Shown: piece after piece, positions 54,057 to 64,000 of the stretch
Position numbering within the stretch: the first letter of the stretch is position 1
Layout: each line of letters begins with the position of its first letter
NCBI GenBank assembly: GCA_013239625.1
Contig: MU054323.1
Span: forward strand, 17,054,029-17,118,028
Direction of reading: 5' to 3'
Length of the DNA stretch: 64,000 nucleotides
From: Lama guanicoe
Lineage: Eukaryota
Made by a program: the position numbers and the translations under genes
Notes under the pieces: model-generated
The model's input: the letters and a program-made list of their open reading frames with translations, nothing else
What the model was told of the DNA's origin: nothing
Databases searched by the model: none

Positions 54057-54690
54057 TAATTTTTCACAGAGATTTCCTCTGCTAGGACCCTGTTCAGGAC
54101 AAAGTTAACCTGGTCAATGATTGTCTCACTCACCTGCAGGGAGGGAGACACAGTCAATTTGGTAAGAGATGGCACAATATCAAAGGACATGACTGAGGCT
54201 CAAGGTGCTGAAGTCCAAGTGGAATGAACTAGTTGAGTGAGCTGAGTGCTTCTACTTTGAGCAGAGGCTTAAGTCTTCCATGAAGGAGAAGCTTCCCTGG
54301 GACTAGAGGGCTATAATGCAGAGCCACCATTAGCTAGTGGAGAGCATCTGCCAGCTGCAACGTCATCCCTGGGGCCCTCAGCTAGACACTACTTGTGATA
54401 ATGCCCCAGGCATTTGACCTTAGGAAATTCCTTACTCTAACTACACAGGGTCAGTACTGACTCTTAAAAACTGCTCCCTCCAACTTTGGTTCAGTCTCCT
54501 CTTTCATGATACAAATAACCCTTGAACCCTTGTCCTGGGCTGACTGACTTGGGTTTCTCCATGTTCTTATGGGAGTAAGTTATGTGATGTCTAGGGGGAA
54601 ATCCTGTGGGCTTGGATTCTTCCTCCACTGACAGACCCATCACCTTCAAAATGGTTCCCAACCTGCACCACTCGCCCAACTAGAGCTCAC

Positions 54691-54927
54691 CCAGTGACGA
54701 GCCTCTCCAAGTAGAGCTCATTTAGACCTCGCTACTTTGATCCTTGGACTCTCTAGCACCACTTTCACAAATGCACCATCAACTGGAATAAAATCCAGAT
54801 TGAGAAAGTCTTCTTCCAGATCCCTGGAAGTCACATGATTCCTTTGTGTTACTTGGGGCAGTGCCTGGAGAGTATCTGATAACAGTCCCATCCCAGGAGT
54901 GTGTTCATAGATATCTGTCACCAGTGC
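54691..54927 (-). pseudogene. Candidate upstream relic exon (237 nt)
   Basis: tag|GCA CTG GTG... to TGG|gtgagc, 79 codons with one stop: ALVTDIYEHTPGMGLLSDTLQALPQVTQRNHVTSRDLEEDFLNLDFIPVDGAFVKVVLESPRIKVARSK*ALLGEARHW. Confidence 0.4.
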
Positions 54928-56097
54928 CTACCCAAAGCGTAGGCTCAGATTCTCATTATGTACAAAGGATGGGAGGAACAAAGCAGCTATTAGCAAACCT
55001 CTAAGGTTCATAGAAAGTATTTCTTTAAATTCCAGCAAACTTTAGTAAAGAATGTGTCAAAGTACTGCTATCTCCAATGTCTTTTCCTTTCTACTACTTT
55101 AATAGAATCCTATAATAAAGGTTATACATATCCCAACCTACCCTGAAGTTTGTTTTGATCATGTGAGTAAATTCTGGCCAATGGAGATGAAGGGAAGTAA
55201 AGAATAAAACTTTCAGGATGTGTCCTTAAAGGGAGGGGGCTGCCCTTTCTCCAACATTCTCGCTCCCCGCCTCCTCTCCTTCACCCTTCTCCTCTACATG
55301 TGGACATGCCAGCATAACTCCTTGGCCAAGTGAACTACAGGCCACACCCTAGAGATGTGAAGCAGCAAGTTAGAGGGAGCCTAGGTCCCAGATGACCACA
55401 CTGAGTAGAACTGCCATCCTAACCTTGACCACTTGTTGAGACAAGCAATGGTGAGCCTGAGCATCCCTGAACATCCCTTTTGGATATGCCAAGAATACAA
55501 GACCCTGACTGCTCTTCAGCGAGCCATTTCTCAGAGTTGAATTCACAATGAGCAGGCTCAAGGGATAAAGTAACATCTTCTCCCAGACAAAGAGCAGGCT
55601 TGCTCACCACTCGCTATAAAAATGGTAGATTACAGTTGTCATGTAAATCCACTGTGTGTAGAGTATCCACCTTGCTCCCTCCATGTTGCCTCCAAGGGTC
55701 TTGAGGGGCATGGGGAACCAGCACCAACATGATGCCCATGCTGCTTGCTATGCAGTGAGTAGTAATATCTTTTGTCTCAGGCCCAAGAATCTTGTATCTT
55801 CAGCCAGCATCCATGAAACAGTAATTTATTAGTTTGAAGTAGAGTAAAATCCTAGAACTTCACATACTTACCACTGGACTGTTTTTAGGAAAGAATCAAC
55901 TTATATTTCTTTTAAGCCACTGTTATTTTGGATCTCTGTTACAGGCAGCCAGACCTAATCTAAACTAATCAAACAGTTGCTTTTCAAAGTTCTGATTTGG
56001 CAAAAAAAAAAAAGCTTATTATATCTTGTCAGATATTTATCATTGAAGCTGAGCCAAATATGATCCATTAAAAAGCAAGAAATTATAAAAGTGTTAA

Positions 56098-56372
56098 GTG
56101 GAGGGTATAGCTCAGTGGTAGAGTGTGTGCTTGGCATGTATGAGGTCCTGGGTTCAATCCCCAGTAATTCCATTAAATAAAGAAATAAAACCTAATTACC
56201 TTCCCCCTCCAAAAAACACAAAAAAAATTTTTTTAAATAAATTTTAGGGGGGAGGATATAGCTCAGTGGTAGAGTGTGTGCTTAGCATACACAAGGTCCT
56301 GGACTCAATCCCTAGTACCTCCATAATGAACAAACAAACCTAATTACCCCTCTCCACCAAAAAAAGAGAAAA
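56098..56372 (+). mobile_element. Two tandem Vic-1-like SINE copies
   Basis: Two heads (…tatagctcagtggtagagtgtgtgctt…) at ~56100 and ~56250, each with a cctaattacc tail. Outer flanks aaaagtgttaag / aaaaatgttgag. Confidence 0.88.
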
Positions 56373-57019
56373 AAATGTTGAGACCTCTTGAACAAGTAGA
56401 ATATAGAAATTAAGAACATCACATTATGACTGGTTCCCATGGTTAGCAGACATGGAAAGGACTGAGTCACAGCTTATTGAATCAGCCTGGCAAAATCACG
56501 AGAGTGAATTCTTCACATTTCTTTGAGTAAGATAGTCTTAAAATGTTTCTTGAATGCTACTTTCTACCGAGAACTATATTCACTCATGATTTTTGATATA
56601 AGTTTCCATACTGTGAGAAATAGAGTCCAGATAAACTTGGAGAGCAATTCCCTGATCTGCCTTGTCCTCTACCAAGCAGGGATTAATGTGCTTCAGGCTA
56701 GGCTGGATCTGAGCTAACTAACATTCTTTGTAAAATGTTGATAGCTCTGTCCTTTGAAAAACAGCAGGGTAATTAAAAGTGTTGAGAAAGGTTCCAGCAA
56801 AGTTACATCAATACCACATTAGTCAAGAGATCAAGGCAAAGATACAACAAGAATAGAAGTGAGGATGTGGCAACACCTGCTACTGACAAGATGTTGAAAG
56901 CTTTTTATGAAACATAGGTATTTTGATGTGTCAAAATATTCTGAATGCGTGAGTAGAGTTCCCTGTGTAGTTATTTTTTATTTCCAGCTTCTAACACTTT
57001 AATGACATTAGTCCCATTA

Positions 57020-57540
57020 CTCTTTTTGGTGGGTGCATGTTGTTTCTACCTGACCAGCATCCATTTTCTCTTTGGGAATAGCATCCCGATTTCCCTCTGG
57101 GGAATCACCCCTCCCTGCTCTCCCAGTCCATATTGTTGGGTGAGCCTGACTCCACACTACCAAACCCCAGGTAATTTGTTCAGAAGAGCACATGACCAAG
57201 TGAATTCAATACTGGGACTTTTGTTGATATTATTGGGAATGTGAAGTTTCCTTTATTCTAAGATTGCTATTATATATATAAGGTAATATAAGCCTGGGGA
57301 TGCTAGAAATCATAGGTAGAAAGAGCAGTTCTGAAAATAGGGCCGACACAGTGGAAAACAGAACCAACAGGAAGAGAAACACCAAGTCCTACTGACATAA
57401 TTTTAGCTCAGGTCCAACTATGCCTGAATATACCTATTCATCCCTAGACTTTTCACTATGTTAGTCAATAAATTCCCTTTTTTGTGTAAGCTAAGTTTGA
57501 GTTGCTTTATACCATCCAGAAATGAAAGAGTTCTGACTCT
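57020..57540 (+). mobile_element. MLT1-type MaLR LTR
   Basis: Ends agtcaataaattcccttttttg...agtttgagttg...aaagagttctgact, as in MLT1 LTRs. Confidence 0.65.
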
Positions 57541-60500
57541 GGAAAGTATCACAAAATACACTCAGAAGTGGCTATTCCTCAATTAAAAAAAAAAAAAGAG
57601 AGAGAGAGAGACAGAGGCAGAAAATGGGGAGGGGTGGGGGGAAGAAGTGTGTATTGAGTCTGTATAAAAGCAAAGAATGTGCTCAGGCTAGTTGTGGCTC
57701 CAGGATTTCTATAAATGATTGGCACAATCAAAGTCAGACAGGCTGGATGAAGGATTTAAAACAGTTTTGAAGCTGTTTTACATAAGTTTGCTTAAACACC
57801 TGTTATTTATATCAAAGAATAGGGGAAAGAAAAGACCCCCCACCCCAACAAGCTACTCCCTTGGCGCTACTGACTCAAACTAAGGAAAGATCAACAAACA
57901 AGGCTTCTAGAAAGCACTATGAGGGGTCTAATCCATATCTGACTATAAATGCTTATCAGAGGCAGGATGATAGAGTGGAAAGTGCTCTGGGTTCAAATCC
58001 TAGCTTTACAACTTACCAGGCTAAATGACCCTGGACTAATGGCTTAAATCCTGGGAGATCTAGCTTGTTCTGCAATTTTTTGTATTTGATATAAATGATA
58101 TAGCTGCACCCTTCTGCCCTGCTTTACTTCTCCTTTAACATTATAATTATGAAATTCATGCCTGAGAATCTGTGGAACCCTAGTGCATTCATTTTCCTGT
58201 TATGTCATATTCTATTACATGGAAGTATCACAATATTTTTATCCATTTTTCAATTGATGGATCTTAGATTGTTTCCAAATTTTCATTCTTACATACACTA
58301 CTGCCATAAATATTCTTATGTTTATATGCAAAAGATCATCTAGGGTATATTCCAAGGAATGAATTTCTGGATTTGGGGCCATTGCTGAGGTATGTGCAAT
58401 TTGAATTTATTAGATATTGACAAGTTGTCCTCTAGAGTGGTTTTATCAATTGAAATTTTCACCAGCTTTGTCAGAGAGATGCTTCACTTCCTTTCTAGCA
58501 ATCAAGCATTCATTCAACAAATATTTTTTAGTGACCTACTAATCTGTTCTAGGTACTAGGATATAGCAGTGAAATCTGTTCTCCTGAAGCTTCATTTTCT
58601 TGGCAGGAGATATGATAATAAATAAAGAAATGAATATATAATAGGTCTGGAGGTGATGAATGCCTTGTTTCCAGGGCCTTTGGGTGCCAAGGACTTGTTC
58701 TTCTCCTTGCGCTCTTCTTTGCCCACAGTAAGTGAATACAGTGCTCTCTTGAGCCCAATGTGACCGAATTCCAGACACTGATTTTTTAAAACTTGCAATT
58801 ACCATAAAAATTAGATGATGAATATTTTACATTGATGTAATGTTTTACAATTTAATTAGTGCTTTGGAATCCATGGTCTCAATTGACCACAACACTAGGC
58901 AAAATGTAAGGAATTGGTTAAATGCTCCTATCTCTGTGGTCAAGCTGCCTGAGAACAAATCCTGGCTTCCTGACTTACTAACCACGTGATCTTGAACAAG
59001 TTACTTAACCTCTGTAAGTTTCAATTTCTGTATCAGATACTAAAGTCTGATTCACAAGGATGCTCATCAGAGAGCTCAGTAATTTTTATCACCTTGTTTA
59101 CTAGGATTAATTAATAATTGGATGGACCCATCATGTGATATGATTCCCATTTTATAGATGAGGAAACTGAGGTCCAAAGTGGCTGAACAAATTGCCCAGG
59201 CAGTAAGTTCTGGTGCCTCTTGAACCCAGGTCCTCTGGCACAGAACCAGCTCTCCACTAGAACATTACATATAGGAATCTATCGTGTATTCACTCAATAA
59301 TCATTTATTGAGCATCTAAAATTGCCAGTCACTGCTTTGTGCTAGGAAATCCCCAATATCGGAATATTTCCAATATGGCTGATCATCTTTGGGCAGGCCT
59401 AGAATTATAGCTATCTTGAGGTCAGTTCCAGTACTGACTATGAATTGAATTTTGAAGATTTTACTAAAGCTTTTATGGAGGGTAGAGATGACACACCAAA
59501 GCATAATCATTATTTATATCACATTTGACTGTAAACATCTTGAAGGCAAAGATCATATTTTACCTATCAATGTACAAGTAGAACTTAGCACAGTGTCTGG
59601 CACATACTCATTGAATATTTGATGAATTAACGACATGCCATACAACAAAATTTAATCTGTCTTCCTCATCAGCTTTTCATATGCCCCCATAATGTGTTCC
59701 CCAGCAGCTGCTTCAAAATTGTTGATGAAATAGAGTTGAATTTAACTGTGAAGAATTCTACCTCTTGTGAACTTGATGGGATTCTCCCAGGAATTCCTGG
59801 CTTCCAGATACAAGTAGTTTTCACCTGAAGCCAAATAGAGTGTTGTTTGGGTTACAAAAAATATGGAAGTCAAAATATTGAGTCAATATTTTGAGCCCCA
59901 ATAGTTCAATAAACAATAACAACAAAATGTATTCATGGAAAGATTAAGAAATGATCTAAGACAGTACATACTGAGTACGCAATGAAGAGAACTGGCAATA
60001 AACACTATTGGATTTCAGAACAATAAGAAGGGGAACAGGAGGGTGGTCAGGTACCAACCTGACTGAAGAGAATCTATTCTAGGTTTCTTTATTGACTAAT
60101 TGTGAGGTATTGTGAGTTGGTTTTATCATTTTAGCTCAGAGAATTTCCTCTGTGTGGTGGCCTATCAACAGCCTAAGGCTTTGGAGCCATCTTCGTGGGC
60201 TTAGGATCTGATGGATCCCAGAAACAGTCCACTTGCAGTTTCTGTTTAGAATAAGGAGGTGCCACCCAGGGTCCAAGGCTCAGGTTTCCCCATTCCTGAC
60301 TCCCCTAGCACTCAGCTTTGGGGACTAACCTCCAGCTGAGAAGAGGAACAGACCTTAGTCTTTACCTGTCCGTCCTGATACCTCACTCTCTGGTTGAAGA
60401 AAAAGGTATCCACCTTAAGTAACTCTTCTTTGACATCTGTCACAATTCCTACTCCTTTTATCTTGTAATCTCACTCTCTGCCCCTATTCCCAAAATAGAC

Positions 60501-61999
60501 ATAAATGCCTCCTGGAATTTGAGAATGCCTCATTTTCAAGATTACTACCTTACTTCTGATCTAATCCAACATATGGGAGGGAGAATATTTCCTTAGATTT
60601 AATCATCATCATCATCTTCTTTTCCTTTAAGTGAATAAATATTCCTTTAGTGTATCACTGTGGAACTAGGAAAATAGGATATTTTGGTAAGAAAAATCAA
60701 GGTTTGTGCCTGACAGTTGACTTAGCACAAGGACAATATGTTAAACTCTTCAAAGCTAAAGGAAAATGAAATGAGTAAGTGTACCTCTTAGAGGGACATC
60801 ATGGTATGTTTCATTTTCTACCAGGCCGAGTTATAAGACACCCACTAGTGTCTTGGCTCTGGCCATCCAAATGCATTTATTTATTTCTGTGACAATATGA
60901 GCTTGGCAGAACATTGAGAACTGGTGGCTGAGAAAAGACTACAGTCTTCCTGATCACAGAAGACATTCTAAGACATCCTTGCTAACACAGCTTTGCTGAA
61001 AGGGCTTGTGTATGAATCAGCCATAAATGTTAAGTGGGCTGATGAGGGTTGCAGAACTCATGAGAATTTCTGATGAAGCAGCACCAAGAGTGCCTATCAG
61101 TTATTGTACGAGTGCGGTGTAGTCTATAATTTGATTTGTTTGGGTCTTTTTGTTATTACATGTTATGCTTCACTGAAGCTTGTTGCAAGCTTTCTTTTTC
61201 CTTTGCTATCAGAGTTCCCCTGATTCATGAATGAGAACTGAGGCTCTGTGGCAAGAATGTTAAATATTCCTTCAAACTACTCAAACAGAAAGGGTTAAGA
61301 GACGGTTTTGTTTTATTAGCATCTGATTCCAGGAGTATGATTCCAGTTTTCCTAATTCCCTAATAGATGCATTTTGGCACTCACCACAGTCTAGTTGGAT
61401 CCCCTCTGAAGTATGTAGGAACCAGATCAAAAGCAGCATTGCAAAGACTAGATGAGTATGCAGATGGTCAAGTAAAACATGTCATCAGGCTTCCAGAATC
61501 TTCCCCCTTCCTAGGCCCAGTACTGTATGGAGTGGACAGATTTAGCAGAGAAATGCATAGGCCCCTGTATTTTATCTGACAATCCTATTAAGGCCTTTAG
61601 TAGCTCTATTTTAGTCCTCAGCCGTTGGAGCCTTTTTTGGGAGAAAAAAAGTCTGAGGTTAGTTATCGAAATTTGGAGCAATATTTCTCAGGGTCTGGTC
61701 TCTGATAAACTGCATTAGAATAATCTGAGCAACCTGTGAAAAAAACAGACTCCTGAATCTCATCCTAGACTCACAGAATCAGACATTTCAGGTATGGGCC
61801 TGGGGATATGCATTTTTAAAACTTCTTATATAAGTCTGAGACACACCAAAGCATAACAATTATTTAATAACTTCAGTGTTTTTCCTCTCCCAGCAGTACA
61901 GACTTAAAGCCTTTTACTCCTTATGGAAAGGAGATAATAAAAGTACAGTATCTGACATTGATGAGGACCTTAATAAATATTAATCCCTAATCCATTCTT

Positions 62000-62128
62000 G
62001 TTATTTTTTGGGGGGTGGGGTGGGGAACTAGGTTTATTTATTTTTTGAGGAGGTACTGGGAATTGAACCCCAGGACCTCAAAGCATGCCAAGCATATGCT
62101 CTATCACTTAAGCTATACCCTCCCCCTC
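62000..62128 (-). mobile_element. Vic-1-like SINE
   Basis: Reverse copy ending agctataccctcccc, flanked by taatccattctt / taatcccttctt. Confidence 0.85.
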
Positions 62129-62485
62129 CTTAATCCCTTCTTAAAGGAACTTTGGACTTCAGGAACAAGATGAGATAGATACCCAAGACCCTTTCCCAGT
62201 CTCCTGAAGAACAGAAAAGTCAGAGGCTGCCTCTGATCTCCTTCATATAGCTAAGCCCTTATCCATTTACACGTGACTCTGTACAGGCTGCAACTCCAGG
62301 CTGGCATCAGGAGAGCCTCTGGGCCATGACTTCAGCAGAAATTTGTTCAGAGCTGTTTGTGTGGACAAACAGAATGGATCTTCAGTCATTACGCAGAGAA
62401 ACCTGCAATTATTTACCCCTTCTTTAAGCTACTTCTATACTTCTTTCCCCTCTGGATCAGAGTTAACTTAAAAACCAAAATTTCT

Positions 62486-62620
62486 TGGGGAAGGTATAGC
62501 TCAGTGGTAGAGCCGTACTTAGCATGCATGAGGTCCTATGTTCAGTCCCCAGTACCTCCATATAAACAAACAAACCAACCAACCTAATTACCTCACCCTC
62601 TTAAAAAAAAGAAAAAAAAA
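62486..62620 (+). mobile_element. Vic-1-like SINE just upstream of the GALM promoter
   Basis: ggggaaggtatagctcagtggtagag...cccagtacctcc...cctaattacc plus A tail. Confidence 0.87.
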
Positions 62621-62889
62621 CACCAAAAATTCCACCTCTTCCTCTCCTCACTGTTCTAATTGTAATCTCTGTATTTTCCAGCATTTTATCTGAAAGTCAG
62701 CCACCAATATTAATGGAGAGCTCATTGCACGTTGAAAACCTCGGCCAGAGAATGGAATAGAATCCTGCAGATTCAGGATTTGGGTTTAGAAAGACTACAG
62801 GCCCCAACATGCAATTTCACCTTCCAAAGACTATCACTCCCAACATGCAGTGCATCCAGGGTTAGCAAAGGAAAAGAACTGGCTGGATA

Positions 62890-63450
62890 CTGCCAACCCC
62901 GCGGCAAAGAGCCTTCGTGCTATCCTCAGGCAAAGGAATGATTAGAAAGTGCCCCGGAGGATTTTTTTTGCGGGAGTGGTCACTCCCGAAATTCAGGCAA
63001 GGAAGAGGAGGAGTCTGAGCCGCGTCCCGCCCTTCTCCAGTAAACTTGTCGCTCCAGGTTTGGCGCTGGGAGTTCGAAGGCCCAGGAGCAGCGGCACAGC
63101 TCGAGCTTTCGCCATGGTTTCGGTGACCAGAGCCGTGTTTGGGGAACTGCCCTTGGGGGCAGGGACGGTGGAGAAGTTCCAGCTGCAGTCAGACCAGCTA
63201 AGAGTGGACATCATGTCCTGGGGCTGCACCATCACGGCCCTGGAGGTAAAAGACAGGCAGGGCAGAGCCTCAGACGTGGTGCTCGGCTTTGCCGAGTTGG
63301 AAGGTGGGTTGAATTCAGTCCCGGGCTACGGACGGACCCCAGGCCCACCGCGCACACTGCCCCACACTGGCTGCTCGCTATGCAGGGTGCAGGGACCGAG
63401 GGGAAGTACCGAGTTTGTGACCGTCAGGCTTGCTTGGATCCGGGCTAACT
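62890..63450. promoter_or_regulatory. GALM: GALM promoter / small CpG island
   Basis: Local CpG enrichment around exon 1, with a GC box (cccgccc near 63026-63032) about 85 nt upstream of the ATG. Confidence 0.8.
63114..63303 (+). CDS. GALM: galactose mutarotase (aldose 1-epimerase), coding exon 1 (190 nt)
   Basis: gccATGg Kozak context, then MVSVTRAVFGELPLGAGTVEKFQLQSDQLRVDIMSWGCTITALEVKDRQGRASDVVLGFAELE(G), then donor AAG|gtgggt. HNRNPLL-GALM adjacency is known mammalian synteny. Confidence 0.97.
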
Positions 63451-63870
63451 CACTATGTTGGGATCCAGTGTTTGGAAAAAGGCAAAATGCATGGAAACAG
63501 CTGTAGGGCTTGGACTCTGCGTTATACATTCAGGCTTTGCCTTAATTAAAAAATCAGTTGAGGGTAAGATAAAACTCCAGCAACCCTGGAGCGATCTTTG
63601 ATCTGCCAGATCTCTGTGAGGGAGGGAGAGAGAGAAAAGTGCACCCTAGAGGAGGTGTGGCTCCCAGCTCTTCCCTCTTGCCCTTTCTGATGAATGAAAA
63701 AAAAATCAAAGACAGCATCTTCTACTTCCTTTCTCCTTGATCAGATTCTCTGGGTTTTGGTTGTCTCACAAATGCTCCATAAGGTAAGCTCAGAGGGTGC
63801 AGACAGCTTATGTGCTTTGGCCTGTAGGGTACGGTGCCCAGCACCCCCTGGCTGATCAACAACCACGTGT

Positions 63871-63975
63871 AGGTTTATTTTATTTATTTGTTTATTTTAT
63901 CAGAGTTACTGGGGATTGAACCCAGGACCTCGTGCATGCTAAGCACACACTCTACCACTGAGCTGCACCCTTCCC
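63871..63975 (-). mobile_element. Vic-1-like SINE in GALM intron 1
   Basis: Reverse copy with perfect TSD caacaaccacgtgt at 63857-63870 and 63976-63989. Confidence 0.9.
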
Positions 63976-64000
63976 CAACAACCACGTGTTGAAAGGACAT

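Noticed and set aside
62949..63506. 185-aa ORF as a full or N-terminally extended GALM
   Set aside because: It starts at GTG upstream of the GC box and likely TSS, and runs past the donor at 63303 into the intron. The true start is the Kozak ATG at 63114.
1..64000. CRISPR arrays, prokaryotic systems, rRNA genes, intact L1 or provirus
   Set aside because: No repeat-spacer arrays or long intact ORFs are present. All retroelements are truncated fragments or solo LTRs.

Overview
Mammalian genomic DNA, very likely camelid (eight copies of a tRNA-derived SINE resembling camelid Vic-1). The window holds the 5' end of HNRNPLL on the minus strand (CpG-island promoter, coding exon 1 at 11308-11496, exon 2 at 2702-2820) and the 5' end of GALM on the plus strand (coding exon 1 at 63114-63303). 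The two genes are divergent and about 51.6 kb apart. The interval is rich in L1, MLT/ERV LTR and DNA-transposon relics. The main finding is a previously unrecognised (by me) decayed multi-exon protein-coding gene on the minus strand, a probable unitary pseudogene. Four consecutive exon-like blocks (~49.2k-42.0k) join in one reading frame across GT-AG introns with matching phases. Two of them regain their frame exactly when a TSD-flanked L1 or LTR is removed. Weaker candidate exons extend from ~56.9k to ~13.4k. I could not name the protein. All repeat subfamily names are by-eye calls, not database results.
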